NCBI GenBank assembly: GCA_963740635.1
Contig: CAVUEQ010000001.1
Coordinates: forward strand, 465,026-529,025
DNA length: 64,000 bases
Direction: 5' to 3'
DNA from: an uncultured bacterium
GTDB taxonomy: Bacteria > Patescibacteriota > Saccharimonadia > UBA4664
Position numbers and translations under genes: made by a program. The number at the start of each line of letters is the position of its first letter. The stretch's first letter is position 1. This document shows positions 41,183 to 54,501 of this stretch, piece after piece. The notes below the pieces were generated by a model that made no database searches, was not told the origin of the DNA, and saw only the letters and a program-made list of their open reading frames with translations.

Positions 41183-44100
41183 CTAGCTTACTTCTTCTTG
41201 TAAGCTGTCGTCGATTTTCTCCATTATCCTATTCGTCTCGCCGAGGATCTTTAAGATATGCTGGTAGTGCTCTATGTCGTCATTTGTTAGCTTATGGTTT
41301 TTTCTGTCCTTAAGCCATTTTTGAGCAGGACGATAACCCCCCAGGGTGGTTTCCCATGCTTTTCTGGGTACTTCGCCGAAGTACTGTTCATTATTGATGT
41401 AAACACTTCCAATATCAGGGTGATCGCCCTCAACCCAGTCAATACCATCTACGAAGTCACTCCCGCTAACCGGGAAGGTTGTGCTAAAACTCTCGATATT
41501 CTTAACTTTCATGAGGTGAAGCTCGCGTAGTTCTGACCCCTGCTGTGCTAACCGCGTAAATTCGGAGTCGCTTTTCGGAACAGGCACCCGAGCATAGTCT
41601 ATTTTCAGGAATTCTTTATACTTGTTGCGGTAATGAGCTGAATGAAATATTGCATACATATAGTCAAGCAAGTCTTCTGGCGAGAACTGGACATTAATGT
41701 TTCTAGTGAGTTTTCTCACTGAAGTGAGGTTCAGGTTTGCTGTTTTACTGCCGTCATCGTGATACAAATACAGCGGAAAAAAGCGACAATTATCGAACGG
41801 CGAAATCGCATCCTTATCGACAAGGGTATCCGCGATAAAAAAACAATTTGTATTTCCTCGCCGGGAATTTCGTATTGCTATTAGAGCAAGGTTGTCCCTA
41901 AGCATGTTCCTCATCAGCGGAGCACGTGGATATGCCATTAACCCTTTGGTCGTGCCGCTGTACCAGGTTTTTCTTATATCAAACGGCCGGTAAAGCACAT
42001 CGGCATCCACTCCTTTATCTTTTTTGACATCACCCACGGCTCCGTCAACAGTCCAGTCTCGACCATCATCCCCAAGATCGTATTTAGTCCTCAGTTCCTC
42101 GTTACTTAGAAAGAGAAATCTTCGATTATCTTACCCACTTTGTCTTGTGAGAACTGGTAAACAAGGTTATCTCTTTTTGTCTGCATCCCTGAGTTAAATT
42201 CTATAAATATCTCATCAATAGGCAGGTACTCGTCGTACTCCTCCTGCAGGCTAAAGTCCTTCGGAACAAAGAAATAGCCAGGCGCTTGCGGCTTTAGCTC
42301 TCTCCATTCTGCGGGTTTGCTTAGTTCGGAAAACTTGCTTTTGCGACTTCCAAATAACTCGGCAAAGTGTACTTTTGCCAGTTTGCCGCTTGAGTCTGAT
42401 CTCTTTACAAAGATGCTTATAGACACACCCTGCATAATGTCAAAGACATTTTCATCTTTACTGCCATCGGGTGCCACCTCGTTTTTATTACTACTCCCGT
42501 GCAAATCTAGTACGTATATTTCGTCGAAGGTTTCTAGTAAGTGCCTTCGCATTTGACGGTGAGTAATTCCATCAATAAAGGAATTGTTTGTGATCATCGC
42601 AACTATCCCCTCGCCATTTTTCGCAACCATCTCCTCAGCAAAGCGAATGAATTTGATGTAGTCATCATCAAGATTTATTTTTCTTTCGCCAAGGTTTTTC
42701 TTATAAATGGAAATGAGATCTTGTATGTACTCGCTTTTGTTATTGCTACTTATTGAGTATGGTGGGTTACCCATGACGACCATAATGGGTCGTTGATGCT
42801 TTATCTCGCTAGCAGCCTGACTTTCTTCTGAGACAGCCTGAGCCAGACCGAAGCTAAAAAGATCTGGTTGCGTCGGCACGCCTTCTTCGAGTGTATTTGT
42901 AAGGTACACGCCTAGACGTTTTGCGAAGTGCGTAACACCTGTTTCTTGTAGTGTAATTCCGAGCTTGAGGTGCGCTATTGTGTAGGGAGCCATCATCAGC
43001 TCAAAACCGTGCAGTCGGTCAATAAGGTCAATCTCGACGTAACTCGGCCACCTGCCTTCTTGGCCCTTGAAGCCCTCATAAATGTACTTGATGGTTTCAT
43101 TCAAGAATGTTGCCGTACCAACGGCGGGATCGAGAATTTGTACACGATGAAACTGTTTCTCGATCGAGTTTGTTTTAGTTTTTATACGACGGCCCGTAGA
43201 CTGTGTCTTAATAATATCCACATCTTGGCCGAGCTCGACCGTGCGAGTAATCTTACTGACATCGGCTAGGCCCTTGGGCAAGTTGAAGTCTCGTTTTAGG
43301 ATTTCATCCACCTGCTGGATGATAAAGCGGACAACAGGGACAGGGGTATAATATGCCCCCATGCGTTTTCGTTCGATTGGGTCGTATTCTTTTAGAAAGT
43401 CCTCATAAAAATGAATGATTGGGTCTTTATCAGAGCTATCAGCCGTCACCCCAAGGTGCTTGTGAACAATATCGTTAACCTTCGATGCCTGAAAAACCTC
43501 ACATAGTTCATCAACGATGTAGGCAAGGCGTATGTCAAAGTCGGCGCCAGCTATGTGATCGAAAAATTTACGTAAAAACGGGTTGCTTTTAGGAACGAGG
43601 TCCCGAGCCTCTTGCCTGCTGAAATCATCTGGGGTGGTATCGCTGTAACGGGCTACAAATAGCCCATATACCAATGTTTGCGCGTACATATCGGCAAATT
43701 TCTCTGAAGTAAGGTCATGAACAAGCAATTTGCGCAGCATGGCAAACATTTTTTCGAGCTCGGCATTTCGAGTCTCGTCCGGTTTGGCCAGATATAAAGC
43801 CACATTGTCACGGATGCGCCGGGCTTTTGCACCCATGAGCTCAGCGAGGCGACGCCCAGACCGAATGGTTTCTGGCGGAAGTCGTAAGAATTCGGCGAGT
43901 TCATCGGCGAGCTGAGGACCAGCACTTGGATCAATATGAAGTTCACCATCCTTCACTGTTCCTAGAGATATGGTTTGGTATTTCTCGCCGTTTTTAAAGA
44001 AACGAAATTCGAGATAATCGGTGAGGAAAAGATTGGAGTAACCAGCATAACGCTGCATTTGCTCGGATTTTTCGGTTTTGTCTAGGCTGATTCCGATATC

Positions 44101-44331
44101 TTTAGTCTCGGCGTAGCCTGAAATAATAGCCATATTTGAACTGTGCAAGAATACGAAATCTGGGTTGCCGTGCTCGCTACGGCTTGGATCGTTTACGACA
44201 TGGCAGTCGTCAAAACTTGCCATTAAATTATAAAGGGCTGGGCGGTAAGCATGCTCGCGCGCGTGTCCCGAAGCAAGTTGGGCGCGAATTTTGGCGATGT
44301 ATTCGGAGACTGCGGCGTATTTTGGACTCAT
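41183..44331 (-). pseudogene. single-chain nuclease-methyltransferase (Type IIG / Type ISP-C-terminal-like N6-adenine MTase), split by a frame change
   Basis: N-terminal PD-x16-ExK (NPDFVF..GYAETKD). MTase motif I ILDPAVGTATFL and motif IV GNPPY. The C-terminal ~300 aa continue in another frame (..IIEDFSF* versus open ..FLFLSNEELRTKYDLGDDGRDWTV..) at about 42100. About 20 points AT-richer than the flanks, by eye. Confidence 0.75.
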
Positions 44332-44374
44332 GGTTACGGCAAGTATATCTTATGCTGCCTACCTTACGGTAGCG

Positions 44375-45364
44375 CTAAGGTGCTGGCTTGGATTTGTTAG
44401 CATTTTCCCCTGACTCTGTAGGATCCTTCCCCCTCGCTTCGAGCTCTGGCGTGGGGTTATTGGCTTTATTAATCTCCTGGATCTTTTTGTAATCAATTGT
44501 TAGAGCACCGTTTATTTCTTTCGCATATGAGGGCGGGTTCAGCGATAGGTGAAATTCCACGCCACTTCCAAGTTCTTTTACCAACTCAGTGGTAGCCTTC
44601 ACCAACTTAGACTGCATCTCGGCCTCACCGTGGCCATTGGTTTCCGTAATCTTTTCTAGTAGCTTCTCAATCTTTCTCTCTAGCTCAATCTCTAAATGTC
44701 TATTCTGGTACTCCTCAAATTCTTTTTGGTCGAACTTTTCCTGCTGTTTTAACCCTGCCCGATAGTCTATTTCAGCCTTTTCGGATTTAAAGTATTCGGT
44801 TCGGGCTTTAAAGTATTCCTGCGCTACCTGGAGGCAGGCAATAAATATCGTATAGGTCGTATACCCCGTTAGCCATAAGGAGTACCAATCTGTTCCCTTA
44901 TCGAAGCCGTTAAACCGTATTTCACCATCGATATTGAATAGCTTGAACAGCTTGTTAAGCCGGGTATTTAGACTACTTACGCCTGTAAGGCTCCTTAGGT
45001 CTTTTGGAAGCTTAACATTTATTACTTGTTCCTCTTGGGGCTCGACAAGTGTGTCGATGATTCCGATGAACACCGGCAGCTGCTGGTTCACAGAGGTCAC
45101 ATACGAATTTAGCTCATTAAACTCTGCCGGCGTAAGCTGAGGCTTAAATGATGTTGCCCCATGAGCTTCTTTGATAGCTTCAATCTCTGAGTAATCGATA
45201 TCGTTCCACTTTTGTTCAGAGAGCACATCCAAAGCCTTAATTAGCATTGAATACCTGCTAATCTGATGGGCTTGACCGCCGAATAGCGGCTCTTGTGTAA
45301 GCACAATCTGGTTGTTTGAGCCAGCTACCGCCTTGACGATATTTCGAATTTCCCCCAGCCTCAT
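44375..45364 (-). CDS. hypothetical protein (329 aa, one hydrophobic helix + Lys/Glu coiled coil)
   Basis: Clean ORF with AAGGA Shine-Dalgarno, 43 nt upstream of the RM gene on the same strand. Central WYSLWLTGYTTYTIFIACLQVA, then a charged helical region. No motif I can name. Confidence 0.7.
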   Translation of the reverse strand: MRLGEIRNIVKAVAGSNNQIVLTQEPLFGGQAHQISRYSMLIKALDVLSEQKWNDIDYSEIEAIKEAHGATSFKPQLTPAEFNELNSYVTSVNQQLPVFIGIIDTLVEPQEEQVINVKLPKDLRSLTGVSSLNTRLNKLFKLFNIDGEIRFNGFDKGTDWYSLWLTGYTTYTIFIACLQVAQEYFKARTEYFKSEKAEIDYRAGLKQQEKFDQKEFEEYQNRHLEIELERKIEKLLEKITETNGHGEAEMQSKLVKATTELVKELGSGVEFHLSLNPPSYAKEINGALTIDYKKIQEINKANNPTPELEARGKDPTESGENANKSKPAP

Positions 45365-45476
45365 AAGATATATCCTTACATTCGTAACAGCTATTCTTGA
45401 CTATTTTAGGTGACAGGTCAATTTTAACCCTACTTCAAGCCTAGTTGTCGCCTATCGAAGCGTAGAGAATTTGAAT

Positions 45477-45505
45477 TTGCTAGTTCGCTTTTTGTTCGCT
45501 ATAAT
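45477..45505 (+). promoter_or_regulatory. sigma70-type promoter
   Basis: TTGCTA-N17-TATAAT, 40 nt upstream of ATG 45546. Confidence 0.5.
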
Positions 45506-45545
45506 GTTAGCTCCAAGCTGTGATAGGTGGTTATTGGGCTAATGC

Positions 45546-45872
45546 ATGCCAGATTCTGAAAAACAATTTACAATAGCATTAACAGGCATTGACCGGGTCG
45601 CTGTTCGCATAGAGCGTAATGGAAGGCTAGTTATCGACTTCTCTGTACAATACGAGGCACTTATGGGAGGCGTTTGGCGCAAGGTGAACAGGTTTGATGG
45701 TTCTCATAATGAGCCTCACCAACATGTTTTTTACCCTGACGAGACCGAGCGAAGGCGCATATTCCCGTACCAACCCATGAGTAAAGCGCTAACAGAGGCA
45801 CTGACAACTACAAAACAAACTTATGAGAGAATGCGGGCAAATTATGAGCGCGCGATGAGGAGGTCACGATGA
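45546..45872 (+). CDS. small protein, first gene of a TA-like pair (His-rich motif; TumE/DUF6516-like resemblance is weak)
   Basis: 108 aa, ..WRKVNRFDGSHNEPHQHVFYPDETE... The stop overlaps the next start (ATGA). Confidence 0.55.
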   Translation: MPDSEKQFTIALTGIDRVAVRIERNGRLVIDFSVQYEALMGGVWRKVNRFDGSHNEPHQHVFYPDETERRRIFPYQPMSKALTEALTTTKQTYERMRANYERAMRRSR

Positions 45873-46117
45873 GCGAACAATTTGTGAAGAAGAATGTGAA
45901 GCTCTCGCTGGAGTTCGATAATTATCTTGTTAAGCACCTGGATATGCTCGATCAAATTCCTGACAAGTCTTGGATTGTGCTAACGATTAACGGTGATGAA
46001 GATTTCAACCGGGATAGTATTTCTATTGCCAGGAAGAGCCGCTCTCGAAGGAGATTCGTAGAAGCGCATAAGTCGGGGCGCTCATGGGTGGTGCGCCCAC
46101 TGGAACTGAGCAAGTAG
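45869..46117 (+). CDS. small protein, second gene of the pair (DUF5647-like pattern, tentative)
   Basis: 82 aa, MSEQFVKKNVKLSLEFDNYLVKHLDMLDQIPDKSWIVL... Confidence 0.55.
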   Translation: MSEQFVKKNVKLSLEFDNYLVKHLDMLDQIPDKSWIVLTINGDEDFNRDSISIARKSRSRRRFVEAHKSGRSWVVRPLELSK

Positions 46118-46122
46118 TTTTT

Positions 46123-50025
<3,903 letters not shown>

Positions 50026-50246
50026 TTCCGCGTAGCCTGAATGGCTATTTGCTTCATTACGTCAGGGTTCTGCTCGGCTACCAGATGGGGGGTGGGTTTT
50101 TAGATTCACGGTTATTTGACGGCAAGAGTGACCGGCTGTTGAAGATAACGAAAGCCTAGCTCCGTGCCCACTGGGGATCACGGAACTAGGCCTCGGGACG
50201 TTACCGGACGGGCAGTAAGGGCTGCTGCCTTGAACTTCTGATCGCC

Positions 50247-50642
50247 TCATCGACCCGGCGAATATCGGCGGCGACGGCTTGGGTCAGCCGCTGCGTCGGG
50301 GACGACCTCTCCCCTCGCCCGCCGGCGGCGGTCATCTACGATCACCAGGGCGGGGTCCAGGCGCATCTGCGCGACCACCAGATTGACGGCCAAGGTGATG
50401 GCAAGGATGGCATAGGCCTCCTGGCCGGACTTGGCGCATTGGAGCTGGATGCTGGTTGGTGGAAATTGGATCAGCGCGAGTCTCAGCGTCCACTCCCAGA
50501 GCTCTTCGACCGGGGTCTGTGTGGTGATACCCGTGTTCTTGAGCACGATGGCATACGCAGCCTCGTCCATGTTCAGGGATGGGTCAGCTTCCATGAGCCG
50601 GGCGGCCTCAGCGGCCCAGCGCGTGACCGGAATTGGCTTCAT
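50247..50642 (-). CDS. hypothetical protein
   Basis: 131 aa. GGGGGAG Shine-Dalgarno upstream of the ATG. No recognisable motif. Confidence 0.5.
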   Translation of the reverse strand: MKPIPVTRWAAEAARLMEADPSLNMDEAAYAIVLKNTGITTQTPVEELWEWTLRLALIQFPPTSIQLQCAKSGQEAYAILAITLAVNLVVAQMRLDPALVIVDDRRRRARGEVVPDAAADPSRRRRYSPGR

Positions 50643-50747
50643 TGCTCCCCCTACGGCTCGACTGCCAGATTGACGGGCATAACGGATCCCTCTCTATGGG
50701 CCGGTAACACAGGACATTTCTCAACGAGCTATATTATTTTGCTGTGA

Positions 50748-51563
50748 TTATGCGGCTTCGTCAACAGTTTTAACTTCCGGGCCGTGCTCGAGGCTGCGGT
50801 AAAGCTTGAGCAGGTACATATTAATGAGGGGCAGGGCGGTAAAGGTGGTCACCAGGCCGAAAAAGAGCGTGGGGATGGAGCCGAGCTTGAGGAGGGCCAG
50901 GAGGGCAGTAACGATGGCGATGGGGGCGGCCAGCAGCATAATGAAGGCAAACAGCGCGGCGTAGCGGCTGCCGACACGCCAGAACCGGCCCAATGTCAGG
51001 CGGCGGGAATGGCGAAGCGCTGCCATGGGGCGCATGTCGGAGGCGACAGTGATGGTAGGCGCGAGCGCGAAGCGGACCATCCACCAGCCCGACACCGAGG
51101 CGATGAGCAGGCAGACGAAAATGAGGATGATTTGCTCGCCGGGGCTGCCGGAATTACCCGCGACCATGAAGGCGGCAATATAGATGGCGGCGGCGAAGGC
51201 GGCCGGGACCAGCATTAATACCAGGATGAGGGTCGAGATGGCAAACCGCACGATTGCCAGCGAGCCGCGGTGGTAGGCCTCGCCAACTTTGGGCGCGGTG
51301 CCGGTGCGCTCGGTTTCCACGATAGCCCAGACCAACGCCACGTTCATGATCACCGAGAGCACCTGCGCATAAGCGCCGAAGGTGGCGTCCTGGCTGAAGG
51401 TCGTCGAAAGGTTAAACAGGTTGAGGGGTACTGAGATAACGGCTAGGACGCCGATGTAGCGCTTCCAGTGAAGGCGCATCTCGGTCATGCTGGCGCGCCA
51501 CAGTTTCCAGGCGCTGGCTGGTTTGGGTGGGCGGGGGCGCTGGGCGCCGCGGCGGATCTTCAT
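50748..51563 (-). CDS. polytopic membrane protein (unknown family)
   Basis: About 6 TM helices. Start overlaps the htpX stop (ATGA). Confidence 0.65.
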   Translation of the reverse strand: MKIRRGAQRPRPPKPASAWKLWRASMTEMRLHWKRYIGVLAVISVPLNLFNLSTTFSQDATFGAYAQVLSVIMNVALVWAIVETERTGTAPKVGEAYHRGSLAIVRFAISTLILVLMLVPAAFAAAIYIAAFMVAGNSGSPGEQIILIFVCLLIASVSGWWMVRFALAPTITVASDMRPMAALRHSRRLTLGRFWRVGSRYAALFAFIMLLAAPIAIVTALLALLKLGSIPTLFFGLVTTFTALPLINMYLLKLYRSLEHGPEVKTVDEAA

Positions 51564-52438
51564 ACGTGGGTCTCCATTTGTCGCAAACGCTTAACCCGCT
51601 CGGCGATCGGCGGGTGGGTGTCGAATAGGCCGGCCAGGCTGCGGCCCTTGAGAGGATTCGCGATGTAGAGCGGCGCCGTGGCCGAATTGGCGCGGGCCAT
51701 GGGCTGGTCGGCCTCGGAGATTTTCTCGAGCGCCCGGGCCAGGCCTTCGGGGTAGCGCGTGAGCAGGGCGCCGGAGCTATCGGCCAGATATTCGCGCTGG
51801 CGTGACACAGCGAACTGGATGACGGCCGCCACGAGGGGCGCGAGGATGGCGCCGACTATGCCCAGAATCAGGAATAGCTGGTTGTTGCCCTCTTCGCGGT
51901 CGTCGCCGCCCCAGAAACTCAGCCGCAGCAGCAGGTCGGCAATCACCGACACCACGGCCACCAGCGCCGTCACCAGGGCCATGAAGCGGATGTCGTAGTT
52001 GCCGACGTGGCTGAACTCGTGGGCGATTACGCCCTCCAGCTCGGTTTTCTCGAGGCGCTCCAAGATGCCTGCGGTGACGGCCACCACGGCGTGCCCGGGA
52101 TCGCGGCCGGTGGCAAAGGCGTTGGGGCTGGCGTCATTGATGATGTAGACCTTGGGCATGGGCAGGCCGGCGGTGATGGCTAAGTTTTCGACAATGCGGT
52201 AGAGCTCGGGGGCGTCTTTTTTTTCGACCTCGCGCGCGCCGCTCATGGACAGCGCGATCTGGGCTGAAAAAAAATAGGAGATGGCGGCGTAAATGACGGC
52301 CACGATCAGAATGGGCACAAAGTATGACGGCTGGCCAAACACCCGCGACAACAGATAGTCGAGGCCGCCTACGAGCACAATGAAGCCCAGGACCAGCAAG
52401 AGACTGCGGCGCTTGTTAGACGCTATCTGGGTGTACAT
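51560..52438 (-). CDS. htpX: M48-family zinc protease HtpX
   Basis: HEFSHVGNYD (HExxH), TM helices, C-terminal THPPIAERV. Start trimmed to MYTQIASNKRR (ATG 52438). Confidence 0.85.
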   Translation of the reverse strand: MYTQIASNKRRSLLLVLGFIVLVGGLDYLLSRVFGQPSYFVPILIVAVIYAAISYFFSAQIALSMSGAREVEKKDAPELYRIVENLAITAGLPMPKVYIINDASPNAFATGRDPGHAVVAVTAGILERLEKTELEGVIAHEFSHVGNYDIRFMALVTALVAVVSVIADLLLRLSFWGGDDREEGNNQLFLILGIVGAILAPLVAAVIQFAVSRQREYLADSSGALLTRYPEGLARALEKISEADQPMARANSATAPLYIANPLKGRSLAGLFDTHPPIAERVKRLRQMETHV

Positions 52439-53024
52439 CGGAATCCTCGTCCGGCTTGGAGGTGGCCGCGGATTCGTCGGCCGCGGGCTCGGCGGTGACA
52501 TGCACAGTGGTAGGTTCGGCGGCCGCCGGCTCTGGGGTGTCAACGTCGCCGTTGGCCGAGACACTCACCTCGGACGGCAGCACGGGGGTATCGGCGGGTT
52601 CCGGCTTGGGCCCGGCGGCCTCGGGGTGGGCCGGCTCGGTTTCGGCGGGGGCGGTGACCTTGGCCGGGGCGGGCGCCACCGAAGCCGCGGTGCCGATGCT
52701 GCCGCTGGGCTTGGCGGCCACTTTATCGGCCAACTGCTCGAGCGCAGAGCGGGTGTCGCCGGTGTCGAGGGCCGGGTAGATCTTGTCGATGAGGTCGAGG
52801 ATGGCGGTCAGCCGCACAATGGGAGCCAGGCGCTTACGGCTGTCCACGCCCTTGGCAGCGTCGAGGGCGATCGATGCCGGCAGCTTCACCATTACCTTGC
52901 GCAGTTGAAAGCTGAGACCCATTTCTTCTGAGGCCGGCAGTTGCTCGGCGAGGTTGACTAATTTGGGACCGAGGTCGATGGCTTCTTGCCAGCCTGGCGT
53001 ATCACGGAAATCTGAGAGCGGCAC
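52416..53024 (-). CDS. four-helix-bundle-like protein with disordered acidic/Pro tail (tentative)
   Basis: The N-terminal ~110 aa are helical, reminiscent of 23S-rRNA-IVS / four-helix-bundle proteins. The rest is low complexity. Sits between lemA and htpX. Confidence 0.4.
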   Translation of the reverse strand: MPLSDFRDTPGWQEAIDLGPKLVNLAEQLPASEEMGLSFQLRKVMVKLPASIALDAAKGVDSRKRLAPIVRLTAILDLIDKIYPALDTGDTRSALEQLADKVAAKPSGSIGTAASVAPAPAKVTAPAETEPAHPEAAGPKPEPADTPVLPSEVSVSANGDVDTPEPAAAEPTTVHVTAEPAADESAATSKPDEDSDVHPDSV

Positions 53025-53039
53025 GGTAGGGTCCTCTAG

Positions 53040-53597
53040 TTAAAACTTTACGTCTACGGGCTTGTCGATGTCGGCCTGGTTCTCCACTTCGAAGAAGTCC
53101 CGGTGGGTAAACCCAAGCATGCCGGCCAGCAGATTGGTCGGAAAGACCTGGAGCTTGATGTTGTAGTCGCGGACAGCGCCGTTGTAGAAGCGGCGGGAGG
53201 CCTGGATTTTGTCCTCGGTGTCGGTGATCTCGCCTTGCAGCTGCTGGAAACCTTGGTTGGCCTTGAGGTCGGGGTAGGCTTCGGATACGGCGAACAGGCT
53301 CTTGAGAGCGCCGGCCAGCTGGTTTTCGGTCTCGGCTTTCTGGGCTATGCCGGTGGCATTCATGGCGGCGGTGCGGGCTTCGGTGACCTTCTCGAAGACT
53401 TCTTTCTCGTGCGCGGCGTAACCCTTCACCGTGTTCACGAGGTTCGGGATGAGGTCGTAGCGGCGCTTGAGCTGGACGTTGATGTCGCTCCAGGCTTCGT
53501 CCACGCGCACGCGCGACCGGATCAGCCCGTTGTAAACCGCAATCAGTCCGGCGATCAGAATTACGGCCACAACTAATATGATGATGCTTGCACTCAT
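53040..53597 (-). CDS. lemA: LemA family protein
   Basis: TM anchor, then YNGLIRSRVRVDEAWSDINVQLKRRYDLIPNLV..RRFYNGAVRDYN. Start at MSASIIIL (ATG 53597). Confidence 0.9.
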   Translation of the reverse strand: MSASIIILVVAVILIAGLIAVYNGLIRSRVRVDEAWSDINVQLKRRYDLIPNLVNTVKGYAAHEKEVFEKVTEARTAAMNATGIAQKAETENQLAGALKSLFAVSEAYPDLKANQGFQQLQGEITDTEDKIQASRRFYNGAVRDYNIKLQVFPTNLLAGMLGFTHRDFFEVENQADIDKPVDVKF

Positions 53598-53804
53598 TTG
53601 GTGTCCTTTGGTTGTTGGCTTTAGTATAGCAAATTGCCGGCGAGATGGGTTATGGCACTTACTTATATGGGATGTGCGTGCGAATTTTTTAAGTTTACCC
53701 ACTGCGCACTGGGTGTCCCATTTTGGGAGATTGCCCTCGAAATTAGCCTCAAAAATACAAACTATGTCCCAATTTGGGCAACCTAAGCGGGCATCAATAA
53801 TTGC

Positions 53805-53892
53805 TGGTACCCGGGGCGGGACTCGAACCCGCAAGCCAAATTTTGGCACTTGATTTTAAGTCAAGCGTGGCTACCGATTTCACCACCCGGGC
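53805..53892 (-). tRNA. tRNA-Leu (anticodon TAA)
   Basis: Cloverleaf by eye. Anticodon arm CTTGA-CTTAAAA-TCAAG, long variable arm, T-arm GCGGG-TTCGAGT-CCCGC, encoded CCA. Confidence 0.9.
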
Positions 53893-54364
53893 GTATTCGT
53901 TTCACATTTTTGCCGCGATGTGTGGACTGAAGACTATGGCAATTTGGGCAGAGGATACGCAAAATAACCAGACGATTATCCTTCCGGTCGCCATTGATAT
54001 GGTCCAACTCCACTGGGAGTCGCCCATCCGGCGCAAGCTCTGCCCAGCCGCACAATTCACAGCGAGGCAGGAGAATCCCCTCTCTGAATAATCTGCGCTT
54101 GAGTGTATTGCTTTGAATATCCGTTCCTTTGACCAAAACGTTCTTTATAGGCGTAACAGGACGAGGCCTGAATACAAGTCCGACATTCCAGCCTTTACCG
54201 GTCAAATGAGTGGTACTGAGGCCGAGTTCTGCAATGCGTCGCTTCACCTGGTGATAGTTGCCGCCAGCTGGGACAAGTCCTAATTTTGCAATAACTGACC
54301 GAATGCTTTTCGATTCAGTCACGGCCCAAGTAAGCTGGTCATCAGTCCATTTTCGTTTCGACAT
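53861..54364 (-). CDS. HNH endonuclease (free-standing, phage/homing type)
   Basis: C..CGW..LELDHINGDRKDNRLVILRILCPNCH HNH/Zn motif. N-terminal helical DNA-binding-like region. The last 32 nt, including the stop, lie inside tRNA-Leu. Confidence 0.8.
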   Translation of the reverse strand: MSKRKWTDDQLTWAVTESKSIRSVIAKLGLVPAGGNYHQVKRRIAELGLSTTHLTGKGWNVGLVFRPRPVTPIKNVLVKGTDIQSNTLKRRLFREGILLPRCELCGWAELAPDGRLPVELDHINGDRKDNRLVILRILCPNCHSLQSTHRGKNVKRIRPGGEIGSHA

Positions 54365-54427
54365 TGTATCTATTATAGCGAACATATGCCGAACATACAA
54401 TTTTTCAAATTGCTTGCGAATTCAAAC

Positions 54428-54501
54428 TGGAGGCACCTACGGGATTCGAACCCGTGTACGCGGTTTTGCAGACCGCTACGTAACCACTCCGTCAAGGTGC
54501 C
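54428..54501 (-). tRNA. tRNA-Cys (anticodon GCA)
   Basis: Acceptor GGCACCT/AGGTGCC, anticodon arm GCGGT-CTGCAAA-ACCGC, T-arm ACGGG-TTCGAAT-CCCGT, encoded CCA. Confidence 0.9.

Noticed and set aside
50026-50246. Assignment of this structured region to SRP RNA, 6S, RNase P or tmRNA.
   Set aside because: None of the hallmark motifs I checked by eye is present (SRP GGAAGCAGCC-type helix 8, RNase P GAGGAAAGUCC, a tmRNA tag ORF). It is kept only as an unclassified leader or ncRNA candidate.
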